NCBI GenBank assembly: GCA_017417315.1
Contig: JAFPZK010000068.1
Location: forward strand, 5,104-69,103
Direction of reading: 5' to 3'
DNA from: Bacteroidales bacterium
GTDB lineage: Bacteria; Bacteroidota; Bacteroidia; Bacteroidales; UBA3824
DNA: 64,000 nt
Part shown: positions 44,069 to 54,268 of the stretch, piece by piece
How positions within the stretch are numbered: position 1 is the first letter of the stretch
Layout of the letters: every line of letters starts with the position of its first letter
The notes under the pieces: generated by a model
Database searches by the model: none
What the model saw: only the letters and a program-made list of their open reading frames with translations
Told to the model about the DNA's origin: nothing
Position numbers and translations under genes: made by a program

Positions 44069-45635
44069 GAGATTCAATCCTACACTCGTGCGTCTTGCTT
44101 TCCTTGTCGTAATTGATTCCTACGAGAAGGACATCACCTGTATATTCAAGCACTTTGCCGGTGTAACGCTTTTCGTGGATTTGGCGGATGGCGGAATCGG
44201 CGTCTTTGTCGAATTTTAATTCCAAAATCATTGCGGGCTTGTCGATGTGGCGGCGCGGAATCAAAACAAGGTCGGCAAAACCTTTCCCCGTGGCAAGTTC
44301 GCGGTGGATTATATAGTCGTTTTTGGCGGCAATGAATGCAATGAAAAGCACACACGCCAATGAATTTTCATTGTTGTAAGAGAGAATGGAAGTGTTGTCG
44401 TCGTGGGCTTTGTCAACGGCTCGGGCAACGGCGGCTTCGTCACTGTCGATAACTGCATCCAACAGATTTTCAGAGTTTTGGATAACATCTACAATGTTGG
44501 ACCAATCGGTATTTTCCACGGCGTTGCGCATCTCCTCCCAAACCTCAAAATTGGGTATTCCGCAAGTTCTGTCTTCGAAATAATAGCACAAATATCCCAA
44601 GTGAATCAGCACAGTTAGGGCGTCGTCCTTGCTGCGGATTATTGACATATCGTTTTGAAACTTAGTGGTATTGACCTTCACGCGACCGCCCGAAAGCATT
44701 TTCAAAATGTCGTCTTTCAAGCCCTCAAAATTCATTTGGATGTATGTAGAAACAGAGTCGTATGCGCCGGTTTTGCCCCAATTGTTGCCGCAACGCCGTT
44801 TCCTGATGGCAGTCATCACGCTGTTGGGGTTAAACATCGACTTTTCTTCACCGATGATATAACCGTCATACCATTTTTCCAACTCGTCAAAATCAAAATT
44901 ATGTTTTTTGGCAAGTCCTGACACCTCGTCTTTTGTAAATCCGAAATAAGCCGCAAATTCACCCGGATCAATCATTGAATACTCTATAAAATTGTTCAAT
45001 GCCGATTCGGTCTTGTATTTTTTGATGGGCAGGATTCCCGTCATATAAACGCCTGCAAACACGTCGGCAGCGTTGACGCTCTTGAACATCCTTCTGAGCC
45101 AAGTTACATACCTGTCCATCGCCTCACTTCCTGGCTTAAATTCGCGGCAGATAGCGTCCCACTCGTCGATTATCAGCACAAACCTGTCGCCCGTGGCATC
45201 GTGAACACGGACAAGGCAGTTCATAAGGTCGTCGGTGTCAGACACTGTTACGTCGGGATTCATTGAAAGAAGTTCTTTTTTTACCTCGCTGTCGATATGT
45301 CCGATGATGTTCGGCTCGTCCTTGAACCTCGGCGTAAAATTGCTCATATCAATGAAAATCACCGAATATTTGTTGAGGTGAGCCTCAAATGTCGGGTCGC
45401 CAGCAATTTCCAAATCCTCAAACAAAGCCCGCGAATCGCAAGATTTGTCGTAATACGCGCTGAGCATAGCCGCAGCCATAGATTTTCCGAACCTGCGGCA
45501 GCGACTTACGCAAGTGAATTTATATATTGTGTCAAGCGTTCTGTTAACAACGCCAATCAGTCCCGACTTATCCACGTACTCGCTGTTGCGTGCCGTGCGG
45601 AAAGCGTTGTTGCCTATGTTGATGTAGAGTCCCAT
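44049..45635 (-). CDS. AAA-ATPase_like (PF09820-type) + PDDEXK_9-type protein, second copy
   Basis: MGLYINIGNNAFRTARNSEYVDKSGLI...RCRRFGKSM and C-terminal GKGFADLVLI...ILELKFD. ATG 45635 is preferred. Its 3' end overlaps the convergent 42470 gene by 20 bp. Confidence 0.8.
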   Translation of the reverse strand: MGLYINIGNNAFRTARNSEYVDKSGLIGVVNRTLDTIYKFTCVSRCRRFGKSMAAAMLSAYYDKSCDSRALFEDLEIAGDPTFEAHLNKYSVIFIDMSNFTPRFKDEPNIIGHIDSEVKKELLSMNPDVTVSDTDDLMNCLVRVHDATGDRFVLIIDEWDAICREFKPGSEAMDRYVTWLRRMFKSVNAADVFAGVYMTGILPIKKYKTESALNNFIEYSMIDPGEFAAYFGFTKDEVSGLAKKHNFDFDELEKWYDGYIIGEEKSMFNPNSVMTAIRKRRCGNNWGKTGAYDSVSTYIQMNFEGLKDDILKMLSGGRVKVNTTKFQNDMSIIRSKDDALTVLIHLGYLCYYFEDRTCGIPNFEVWEEMRNAVENTDWSNIVDVIQNSENLLDAVIDSDEAAVARAVDKAHDDNTSILSYNNENSLACVLFIAFIAAKNDYIIHRELATGKGFADLVLIPRRHIDKPAMILELKFDKDADSAIRQIHEKRYTGKVLEYTGDVLLVGINYDKESKTHECRIESLTFPKS

Positions 45636-45701
45636 AATAATGCCTTGTTTTCTTGACGGCAAATATAATAAAAAATGCGTGCTTAATAAAATATTTTTTT
45701 C

Positions 45702-45709
45702 TATATTTG
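45702..45709 (+). promoter_or_regulatory. -7 box TAtaTTTG
   Basis: Lies 32 nt upstream of ATG 45741. Confidence 0.4.
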
Positions 45710-45740
45710 CACCGTACTTAAACCCAAAATCAGTATTACT

Positions 45741-46706
45741 ATGAAAAGACAATTATTAATTCTTTCGGTTTCTGCACTTACGTGTTTTTCGTGCGGAATA
45801 TCTACGGCTGAGTCTCAAATTTTTAAACCCTCGGGCAAGACAGCCGCCGAACTTTGCACCGAAAAAATCACTCTCTCGGCAGAAGGCGATTTCAACAAAG
45901 ACGGCGTTAAAGACTTGGTAATCAGTACTGAATTTAACGGTAGCGCATTCTATTTCGGAAACTCTGACGGAAGTTACAAACTTTTTCGCGATTACGATTT
46001 GTCGATGCCTGACAACGCTAAAATCACCGTTAACGACAAAGGCGTTTTGAGGATTCAAAAGGATTACGACAAAGGTTTCGACGTGTTTTTGTTCCGCTAT
46101 CAGAATGGCGGCTTCGCTCTTATCGGCGGCAAAAAAGACCGTCATAAAACCGAACATTACGATTATTCTTACAATTTTTCAACCGGCAAAATGATTAAAA
46201 CCGAAGGCGAGGGCGCAAACAAAACCTCCGTCACCGAAAATATGCCCAAACAGCCGCCTTTGAAATTCGGTTGGATTCCTCTGAAATGGGATATGGTTGA
46301 TTATTTGTTTGAAACATTTGAAGACGGCGAGGGGTTAAATATAGAAGATATGCTTGCATTCGGAATTTTCCGCAGAATGCAGGACGCCGAAATGATGCAT
46401 TGGTCGTTGTGCGATTACGAAGGCTATTACGGCAAGGCATTGCAAGACGGAGAAAACGGCGAAGGTTGGTCGGCATACGGCAGTTATGAAGCACCGGGCA
46501 GTTACAACAATTATACATACATCGAAATCAAAAAACAAAAAGCCGCTACGTACAAAATTTACATCAAGGAAACTTCGCAAGACCGCTCATACGAATCGCA
46601 AATCAACGAAGATGCTTCTAACCTTGACGACCTTGATATTCCCGACGAAGAAACCTCTGAGAATCGGTACATTTTTGACGACGGAACCTTTATCGAACAA
46701 AAATAA
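45741..46706 (+). CDS. lipoprotein with FG-GAP/VCBS-like Ca-binding motif
   Basis: Lipobox CFSCG, GDFNKDGVKDLVIS, 321 aa. Confidence 0.6.
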   Translation: MKRQLLILSVSALTCFSCGISTAESQIFKPSGKTAAELCTEKITLSAEGDFNKDGVKDLVISTEFNGSAFYFGNSDGSYKLFRDYDLSMPDNAKITVNDKGVLRIQKDYDKGFDVFLFRYQNGGFALIGGKKDRHKTEHYDYSYNFSTGKMIKTEGEGANKTSVTENMPKQPPLKFGWIPLKWDMVDYLFETFEDGEGLNIEDMLAFGIFRRMQDAEMMHWSLCDYEGYYGKALQDGENGEGWSAYGSYEAPGSYNNYTYIEIKKQKAATYKIYIKETSQDRSYESQINEDASNLDDLDIPDEETSENRYIFDDGTFIEQK

Positions 46707-46720
46707 AAAACGTATTAATT

Positions 46721-47401
46721 ATGAAAAAGACGATAATTTTGCTTTTGATGATAATGACGACTGCGATATTATCAAATGCACAGAATAAATTTGTAACAAA
46801 AAAATTTAAAACTGAGGGACGAGAAAATCTTTACCTTGGAAAAGCGGATACTGTTGTCGCTGAGGGTGATATTAATAAAGACGGTAACAAAGATGTCGTT
46901 ATCGCAGAACAGAATGGCGGCGAATTGGCTGTTTATTTCGGTTCGGCAGATGGTTACAAACTTTACAATATTTATCCTACAAACGGAGAAAAATGTGAAT
47001 ACGAACATCGTAAATCGCAGGAATTTTATGTAAATGTTTCAATAACGGCAAAAGGTGTTTTGAGAATCGCTACAAGTGAAATGATTTTCGGACAAACTTG
47101 TGAAGATCCCGATACTTACGATTGTGCATATTCGGACAACATATCTTTGGTTTATATGTTGCGTTATCAAGATAACGACCTTTATCTTATCGGGGGCAAC
47201 AAATCTATTTATCGTGAGGGCGACGGAAGTTTGGTCGTAAGTGGAGGAGGTTCGTACAACACGCTGACAAACAAGAAAATACCTATTGATATTGACGGTA
47301 GTACACTTCTTAGAGATCAAATTACGGACATACCCAAAAAGCCGCTCAAATCGTTATCTGAAATTACTATCGGATTATACGATTTCGAGGACTATGATTA
47401 A
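46721..47401 (+). CDS. secreted paralogue with FG-GAP-like motif
   Basis: Signal peptide. GDINKDGNKDVVIAE and VLRIA blocks are shared with the upstream gene. Confidence 0.6.
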   Translation: MKKTIILLLMIMTTAILSNAQNKFVTKKFKTEGRENLYLGKADTVVAEGDINKDGNKDVVIAEQNGGELAVYFGSADGYKLYNIYPTNGEKCEYEHRKSQEFYVNVSITAKGVLRIATSEMIFGQTCEDPDTYDCAYSDNISLVYMLRYQDNDLYLIGGNKSIYREGDGSLVVSGGGSYNTLTNKKIPIDIDGSTLLRDQITDIPKKPLKSLSEITIGLYDFEDYD

Positions 47402-47449
47402 ATGTTCACAAACACAAATTTTGTTAATTAAACCAATAATATTTTGACA

Positions 47450-48118
47450 ATGAAGACAATTAAATTCAACCTTTTGTTGGCTTTTTTGCTGACAATCAGT
47501 ATTAGTGTTTCGGCTCAAAATCCGTATGCCGAAATCGAAAAAGACGGCGCAGAATATGCCACGACGGTAACTTTTGCCGGTCAAAAACCTATAATCAACG
47601 ATTTTATCAGTCATCTGTTTCCTACAAGCGACGAGATTGACGAAATGAACAGCGAACTTGATGTAACATTAGGGCAAGTATGGGCTCGTTACAAAAAAAA
47701 TACGCTAAAACCAACCGAAAAAGTTACGGCAGATTCCAAAAACGGCTTCGCTTGTTTTGAAATCAACGATCCTGACGAAGGTTTCGGCAAAGAACAACTT
47801 ATTGTTGATGTTTGCTATTGGAACTCGTCAGACACAAAACACAAAGTTGTTGCCGAGTCCGTAAAAGTTTTTCGCGACGGCAAAGTTATCGAAACTGAAT
47901 TGACGGGTTTGTCGCTTTACGTTTACAACAACGCCACTCACAAATTAACTTACGCCAACAGATATGATATGGGCGTTGACATCACTACCGACGGAGAAGC
48001 CGTTACATACGATTTGCCGCGCGTAGGCAAAGACATCAAGGCTTTTATTCACCTTCCGAGCGGCAAAAAAGAAGTTCTCGTAAAATGGAACGGCTCTAAA
48101 TTTGAAGTTCAAAAATAA
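47450..48118 (+). CDS. secreted protein, C-terminus VKWNGSKFEVQK
   Basis: Signal peptide MKTIKFNLLLAFLLTISISVSAQ. ATG 47450 is preferred over TTG 47444. Confidence 0.6.
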   Translation: MKTIKFNLLLAFLLTISISVSAQNPYAEIEKDGAEYATTVTFAGQKPIINDFISHLFPTSDEIDEMNSELDVTLGQVWARYKKNTLKPTEKVTADSKNGFACFEINDPDEGFGKEQLIVDVCYWNSSDTKHKVVAESVKVFRDGKVIETELTGLSLYVYNNATHKLTYANRYDMGVDITTDGEAVTYDLPRVGKDIKAFIHLPSGKKEVLVKWNGSKFEVQK

Positions 48119-48131
48119 AAAGCATTTTTTT

Positions 48132-48182
48132 AACTACGAAAAACACGAAAAAATTTTAGCGTTTTTCGTGTTTTTCGTAGTT
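48132..48182. terminator. bidirectional terminator, perfect 21-bp stem
   Basis: aactacgaaaaacacgaaaaa / tttttcgtgtttttcgtagtt between convergent genes. Confidence 0.75.
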
Positions 48183-48186
48183 TGAT

Positions 48187-49098
48187 TTAATTGGTTTTAA
48201 AATAAAGCGAATCAAAGGCAGACATTCCAATCCAATCAACATTTTTTACGACAGTATGTTTCCCGTTATAAAAAATGCCTAAGGTTGATGTTCCGTTTTT
48301 GTTTTTGATACTTGTCAAACAAACATCACTGCACGGAATAGGATATAACATATCGTATTGACATTTTAAAAGCACTTCGCCGTCAGCAGAAAGTAAACCC
48401 TCTTTGTCGGAGTCAGTAATAATGCTCCAATTGTTATGACATATAACAGAAACGTCATACTGAGGTTCAATAACCATTTTGCCGCTTTTGTCTATAAAGC
48501 CGCATTTGTCGCCTACTTTAACAAGTGATAATTTGCGGTTCTCAAAAGGCATAACCATATCATATTTCGGTTCGATAACCATTTTGCCTGTTTTGTCAAT
48601 AAAGCCGTATTTGCCGTCTAATTTCACACATGCCAAACCATTTTTAAAACCACAAGAAAAGGGATATTTTGCCTCTATAACAATTTTGCCGGTTTTGTCA
48701 ATAAAGCCGTAAAGATAATCATCATTATCATCATAATTTATGTTATCTTTAAGCCAATCGTCTGACTTTTGTGTTTCAGGTTTTGTGTCAACGGAAAACC
48801 TTGCAAAACCGTTATCATCAAAAATTTTGTCGAAGCCTTCAATACTATAAAACTGCGGTTCAACGACGATTTTGCCGGTTTTGTCAATCAAACCTATTTT
48901 GCCGTTTTGACGGATACGGGCAAAACCGTCTTCCGAAAAACACTCGGCATTTTCAAACTGCGGATTTATAACCCATTTGCCGTTAACATCGACGTAGCCG
49001 GTTTTTCCGTCTTTTCCGGCAGGGATTAAAATGTTTTGAGCAACCGATACATTTACCGTTGCTAACAACAATGCGAGGATAAAGAGTTTTAATTTCAT
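48187..49098 (-). CDS. secreted WG-repeat (KWG-type) protein
   Basis: Signal peptide, and repeated G(K)(Y/C/I)GFIDKTGK.VIEP.Y units. Confidence 0.75.
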   Translation of the reverse strand: MKLKLFILALLLATVNVSVAQNILIPAGKDGKTGYVDVNGKWVINPQFENAECFSEDGFARIRQNGKIGLIDKTGKIVVEPQFYSIEGFDKIFDDNGFARFSVDTKPETQKSDDWLKDNINYDDNDDYLYGFIDKTGKIVIEAKYPFSCGFKNGLACVKLDGKYGFIDKTGKMVIEPKYDMVMPFENRKLSLVKVGDKCGFIDKSGKMVIEPQYDVSVICHNNWSIITDSDKEGLLSADGEVLLKCQYDMLYPIPCSDVCLTSIKNKNGTSTLGIFYNGKHTVVKNVDWIGMSAFDSLYFKTN

Positions 49099-49181
49099 GA
49101 TTTTTTAATTATTTTCTGCCAAAATTAGCAATTTTTATTCAATTTCGGCAAAAAATAATTTTATACGCTGAAAATTATTTC

Positions 49182-50129
49182 TTAATTTTTGTTATCTTTT
49201 TTGCAGAAAATAACAATTCCTATTAAGGCGCAAAGTACTATAATTGCAGCCAAAACCATAAAAACCGTTCCGATAATTGATATGGTTTTGCCGATTAACG
49301 CTTCCTGTGTGGCGGTAGTAATTCTTTCACCGCCGACGATTACTATATTTTTCCCTTCAAAAACGTTGAAATCCGCTTTTCCGTCGCCCAAACGCACGGC
49401 AAATGTTGCCTCATCGTCTTTGGTCATATAGGTAAAATTGTACCGCGTATCGAATTTAATTCCGTCTTCTCCGAACCGTTTTTTCAATTCTTCGGCATTG
49501 TCCCCGAATTGCGTGAAAATATCTTTAACCGCCTTTTCTGGGTCGGAAATATTAACATTACGGTTGGGATAATACCGCGAATCTATTGAAAGATTGTCCT
49601 TTTTTTCGGGATTGATTTCGTCTTCAAAAATGCGCTTCGACCTTTTTAAAACCGAAAACAAAAAAGTTAAAGAATCTGGTATTGAAACCTTAATGCCGTT
49701 GTTTAAATGTAGTGGTGCAATTATTTGACAATAAGGTTTTTCTTTCCATATTGAATAATACGGATTTTCGCCGGCTTTTACAACGTTTTTGCGGTAATAA
49801 GTCAGCGTTTCTTCCACGACGTCGATGCAGAGATAATCTCCGGCAAGAAAATTAAAAACGGTATCTTTTATTGTCGGCGAGGTTTTAAAACGATAGTTTT
49901 TTACAAGGTAATTTTTGGGTTCACCGCTAATTGCGGCGGAGATTTCGTCTTCGGTTTCTATTACGGGCAAGGTTTCAAGCCTGTCTTGAAGAAAGGTTTC
50001 TTCTTTGGAATAATCTTCTGAAATATTATTCATGTAACGTCCGAGCATAAAAAGACCTACCCCTGTCAAAAGTGCTAAAATTGCTGCTGTTAATCCGCAG
50101 CCTTTGTTGTTTTTCTTGTTTTCTTCCAT
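49182..50129 (-). CDS. bitopic/two-TM membrane protein, paralogue of 51124-52026
   Basis: N- and C-terminal TM helices. Shared blocks: AISGEPKNYLVKNYRFK...TIKDTVFNFLAGDYLCIDV and ATFAVRLGDGKADFNVF. Confidence 0.55.
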   Translation of the reverse strand: MEENKKNNKGCGLTAAILALLTGVGLFMLGRYMNNISEDYSKEETFLQDRLETLPVIETEDEISAAISGEPKNYLVKNYRFKTSPTIKDTVFNFLAGDYLCIDVVEETLTYYRKNVVKAGENPYYSIWKEKPYCQIIAPLHLNNGIKVSIPDSLTFLFSVLKRSKRIFEDEINPEKKDNLSIDSRYYPNRNVNISDPEKAVKDIFTQFGDNAEELKKRFGEDGIKFDTRYNFTYMTKDDEATFAVRLGDGKADFNVFEGKNIVIVGGERITTATQEALIGKTISIIGTVFMVLAAIIVLCALIGIVIFCKKDNKN

Positions 50130-50180
50130 AATCCCAAAAAAATATTACACACCGCAAATATATAACTTTTTTTGCTAATA

Positions 50181-50939
50181 TCACAACAACTCCGTCATAT
50201 ACAAAGGTAGATAAACAATACCATTATCTTCCTTTAAATCGGACGAATGTAATATGTAAGCAGTTGAAAGATATTGCCTATACTTGTTTGTTATTTTCGA
50301 TAGCGATGTGGTGGTGTAACGGTTTGTTGATTTTACTTCAACCGGCGAAATATTGTGACGGCTTGTTATCATAGGTTTTTGAATCAAAAAGTCGATTTCC
50401 ATTCTGTTTTCAGCATTTTTTTCGTCGTACTTACTGAAAAAAAACAATTTATGTCCGGCGGCAGTAAGCATTTGAGCCACAATATTTTCCACAAACATTC
50501 CCTCATTTATTTCTATCTTTTGAAACATCAGTTTTTGATAAATACTTTCGTCTACGATATTTTTGTTGTTGAAGGCATGACTAATTAGCAATCCCGTATC
50601 GTTCATATAACATTTCAAAGTTGTTCGATCTTCGTTGAGACGTAACCCGACACTCGGTTCCGTAGAGTTGAAACAACAGTTGATAATTTTTGCATCAGCG
50701 AGCCAAAGAAACGCATCTTCATAATCACGCATACGAGCCTCGGCTTTCAACGCAGAAAGTCTAAATTTTTTCTCATGCTTTTGAAGTTGTCCGGGTAGTT
50801 CATCAAAAATAGACGTTACTCTCATTTCTAATCCTTCCGCATATTTGCGTATATCATTGCGATAAAGGTTTAATATTTGTCTTTTAATAAAATCCGTTTT
50901 ATCAAAACAGCCGATGTACCGTTGCTTTGATTTTTCCAT
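50181..50939 (-). pseudogene. P-loop-less C-terminal two-thirds of an AAA_14/DUF4143-type ATPase gene
   Basis: 252 aa with DUF4143-like blocks (FLWLADAKII, EIDFLIQ, PVEVKS) but no Walker A region. It may still be expressed from ATG 50939. Confidence 0.6.
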
Positions 50940-50980
50940 TTTAGTAACTCGTTGTATATCTTTCTTTTAAGCATGATTAA

Positions 50981-51065
50981 TACACGTTTCTTAGATTTAT
51001 TTTTATGTAATCATACACCTTTCTGAGGTTTGTTTTGTTGCAAAAATACACATTTCTGAGGTTTA
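50981..51065. repeat. three direct repeats ATACACnTTTCTnAG(A/G)TTT at 33-bp spacing
   Basis: Copies lie at 50981, 51014 and 51047, immediately upstream (minus-strand sense) of the truncated DUF4143 ORF. Confidence 0.8.
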
Positions 51066-51123
51066 GCATAAATATTTTAATATTTTTTATAAAAGCAGCC
51101 TTTGTTTTTTTGACAACAACCAT

Positions 51124-52026
51124 CTAATCCTTATTCAATATTTGCGGGGCGAATATTATCACGCACAATGCCATTAAACCTCCGATTATAAAACCTATAA
51201 TAACACCAAAATTGTAATTGGATTCGTAATCGGAGCATTGCGAAATATTGTCGCAATCAACGAGCATAAAATTGCCGCAATCGTCAAAAACATTGAAATC
51301 TGCTTTACCGTCGCCGAGAATCACCGCAAACGTTGCTTTGTCGTATTTCTGCATAAACGAAAACGTAAAACGTGGACTCAAATTTTTATTAGGTCTGTTT
51401 TGTCGTACATGTTTTTCTTCCGCCATTTCTTCTGCCATTTCGATAAGTTCTTCGAAATCATTTCCGATACTGTCAAAAATCATATTTCTGTCGGGATAAT
51501 AATACATCTTCTGCAGAACATGACCGAGTTTCTCTGAATTAACATTCTCCGGCATGAGATTTTGCCAATATTTTTTTGACGAAAACATAAAGTCAAGGGA
51601 ATCAACGTTACGGATTTCAACGGTATCGTTAAAAGCAAACTTACCTTTAACGGTGCATAACGGCTTGTCGTCCCATTTTTTTATTCGATTTTTACCGTAA
51701 CCGCTTACCGTAAAGTTTTGCTGATGAATATCAATCGCCATATAATCGCCTTTAAGAAGGTCGAAAACCGTGTCCTTGACGGTGGTGCCGTAATCGAATT
51801 TATAGTTTCTGATAAGGTAAGGGCGCGGCTCACCGCTGATAGCCGAAAGAATCTCACTGTCAGAGGAGATTACCGTTAACGAATCGGCTCTTTGCTGCCA
51901 AATTTCCTGCGGCGTGGGTTCGTTCATCATTTTCATAAACCACCATACCAACAAAAATACAGGTATAAATGCCACCGCAAGAATCAGTCGCGGCAATACT
52001 TGTTCTTTGAAATCTATATCCATCAT
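51124..52026 (-). CDS. two-TM membrane protein, paralogue of 49182-50129
   Basis: Carries SAISGEPRPYLIRNYKFD...TVKDTVFDLLKGDYMAIDI and ATFAVILGDGKADFNVF. Lies 25 bp downstream of the vWA gene. Confidence 0.55.
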   Translation of the reverse strand: MMDIDFKEQVLPRLILAVAFIPVFLLVWWFMKMMNEPTPQEIWQQRADSLTVISSDSEILSAISGEPRPYLIRNYKFDYGTTVKDTVFDLLKGDYMAIDIHQQNFTVSGYGKNRIKKWDDKPLCTVKGKFAFNDTVEIRNVDSLDFMFSSKKYWQNLMPENVNSEKLGHVLQKMYYYPDRNMIFDSIGNDFEELIEMAEEMAEEKHVRQNRPNKNLSPRFTFSFMQKYDKATFAVILGDGKADFNVFDDCGNFMLVDCDNISQCSDYESNYNFGVIIGFIIGGLMALCVIIFAPQILNKD

Positions 52027-52051
52027 GCAAATTATTTAAAATAAAACATAC

Positions 52052-53188
52052 TTATTCTATCACACAACATCTTCCGTATTTTTTTAACGTTTCAGAGTTT
52101 GCTTTTGCGGTGTTTTTGTCAGGAAAAACCCATAAAACTTTCGGTTTTCGTCCCGTGATTTGCGGCTCGCCGGCGTAACCATCGGTAAAAAAAATTATGC
52201 CGTCATAATGTGATTTGCTGCTTCGGAAAAAGTCGAAAACCGGCTGAAAATCCGTTCCGCCGCGCCCCGTGATTTTTATTTCACTCTTTGCTTTTTTTAG
52301 CGGAACAATATCTTTTAATTCTGTATCAAACTGCACTGTATCAATACTTTCGATGCCGTATTTAAAGAAACGGTTTATCACCGAATAAAACCTTTGTAAC
52401 ATCGGTGTTGAAATCGAACCGCTGACATCAACCGCCACTAAAAGATTTGTCCGCATTTTGTAAACGCTGCCGAGATTCTGAAAATCCGTCCGGCGGTTCG
52501 GGCGCATTCTTGTTAGGTTTCTGCGGCTGCTAATCACGCTCGCCCTGAAACCTGAAAGCACTTTTCGATAATCAATTTGCGGCTTTAATGTCGCTTTGAT
52601 AATCTCCACCAAATTTCCCGGCAACGAACCCCAACTCGTTGTGTTTTCGATGATTTCGTTAATGCGGCTGCACTCAAATTCGTTTTCTTCCCAAAGTTCG
52701 CTCTGAGAAGATTGCGCTGCGTTTTGAGAATTTTGTTCGTCAGAATCAGAATCATCACTGCCGCCTTGCGAATTGTCAGAATTATCCGTTAATTTGGCGC
52801 AATACCATTCAAAATACTCTGTTTTCGGAAAATTAAAATCCTCCGCTTTGTCAAGAGTTAGCGTCTTAAAGTTGTAATCATTTGTCAAAACAATATTGCT
52901 TGCAACGGTTCTGACAAAAGCGGGACAATCGGGCTGACGTTGATAAGGGTGCTTTAACATTATACGGATAATTTCGGTGCGGAAACTCTCGTCTAACGCT
53001 TTGTCGTCCAATGGTTTAATAAATTCGGGATTGTATTCAATCCTGCCTTGACCGCAACGCACGGCAACGGGCATTTTCGGATTTTCCGTCAATTCGTGTC
53101 CGCACAAAACGCCGTGCAAAGCCGGTTCGGTAAGAAACCAACTGTCGTAAATCTTTTTGCTAATCCGCTCAGAAACAATGCTTTCCAT
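52052..53188 (-). CDS. vWA-domain protein of the DUF2201 type (degenerate N-terminal metallopeptidase-like domain)
   Basis: MIDAS LLVAVDVSGSIS. The N-domain has RIEYNPEF and TEIIRIMLKH in place of an HExxH. ATG 53188 lies 1 nt after the MoxR stop. Confidence 0.75.
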   Translation of the reverse strand: MESIVSERISKKIYDSWFLTEPALHGVLCGHELTENPKMPVAVRCGQGRIEYNPEFIKPLDDKALDESFRTEIIRIMLKHPYQRQPDCPAFVRTVASNIVLTNDYNFKTLTLDKAEDFNFPKTEYFEWYCAKLTDNSDNSQGGSDDSDSDEQNSQNAAQSSQSELWEENEFECSRINEIIENTTSWGSLPGNLVEIIKATLKPQIDYRKVLSGFRASVISSRRNLTRMRPNRRTDFQNLGSVYKMRTNLLVAVDVSGSISTPMLQRFYSVINRFFKYGIESIDTVQFDTELKDIVPLKKAKSEIKITGRGGTDFQPVFDFFRSSKSHYDGIIFFTDGYAGEPQITGRKPKVLWVFPDKNTAKANSETLKKYGRCCVIE

Positions 53189-53189
53189 T

Positions 53190-54263
53190 TTACAACTTGC
53201 CGACAAAATCAATTAATTTCTGATAAACGTCAATCACGTTTGACACCATAAACGCCACTGCTTTCGGGTACATTCCTTGCGTGAAAACAGAAACGAAATG
53301 CGCCAAAGCCTCTTTGTTTTTACCCGATTCCAAAAGCGCAACATATTTTTTGAGGTTTTCTGCTGCGGTAACTTTTTCAGTTTCAGAGATTTCAGCGGTT
53401 TCAAGAAAACGGTAAATGCCGTCGTTCAAAGCCGAAAACTGATGTACTTTGTACTTAGAAATTTTTGCTTTTACCTTGTCAAAATCTAAAAGCACTTCTT
53501 TTCCGCCGATAATTTTTGCTGCCGAGACCGAGGCATAAAATTTTTGCGCCGCCTGAACGCCCACAACTCCGGCGATAATTTTTTGGTCAATTTCTTGTAA
53601 CTCTTTGAGTGGCAAAACGATGTCGCTGACTTTTTTCCAAGCGCGACGGTCGGGAAATTTTTCGAGACCGCTGTCAATTTGCGGACGGTCGGCGGCAGTG
53701 CCGTCAAGCCATTCGGGATTAGAGGCGATGAAATCCGTTACGCGCGAGTCAAGTTTCTGCTTTTCAGCCCATAACAGCCATTCTTTGTAAGTCGGACGGA
53801 AACCGTAAACGTTGAATCTCGACACCAAAGCGGGGTCAAGGTCGGTGAGTTGATATTCTTCGCCGTCGTTAACTGCTGAAATTAAGCGGCTGCCTTCGGG
53901 AAGGTTTCGTCCGGCGAGTTTGCGGTTGAGAGCCAAGTCCATAATGGTTTGTAACACTTCGGGACGAGCGCGGTTGAGTTCGTCAAGAAATAGTACAACG
54001 GGCTGATTGTCAGCGGGAAACCAATACGGGGGAAGAAAATCAGTTCTACCGGATTCTGCATTTTTTATTGGCAATCCGATTAAATCGCCCGGGTCGCTCA
54101 TCTGTCCGAGAAACAGTGCGACAACTTTAAAACCTTTGTCTGTATAATATTTTGTCAAAATTTCCGACTTACCGATTCCGTGTTTGCCGACTAACATAAT
54201 GTTCTGATTAGCAGGTGTTTTGTCAAGAATTTCAATAAGTTCGGTGGTGTTGATGTTAATCAT
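53190..54263 (-). CDS. MoxR/AAA_5-type ATPase
   Basis: P-loop MLVGKHGIGKSE, Walker B VLFLDELNRARPEV and the sensor region SRF. Confidence 0.85.
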   Translation of the reverse strand: MININTTELIEILDKTPANQNIMLVGKHGIGKSEILTKYYTDKGFKVVALFLGQMSDPGDLIGLPIKNAESGRTDFLPPYWFPADNQPVVLFLDELNRARPEVLQTIMDLALNRKLAGRNLPEGSRLISAVNDGEEYQLTDLDPALVSRFNVYGFRPTYKEWLLWAEKQKLDSRVTDFIASNPEWLDGTAADRPQIDSGLEKFPDRRAWKKVSDIVLPLKELQEIDQKIIAGVVGVQAAQKFYASVSAAKIIGGKEVLLDFDKVKAKISKYKVHQFSALNDGIYRFLETAEISETEKVTAAENLKKYVALLESGKNKEALAHFVSVFTQGMYPKAVAFMVSNVIDVYQKLIDFVGKL

Positions 54264-54268
54264 GATTT

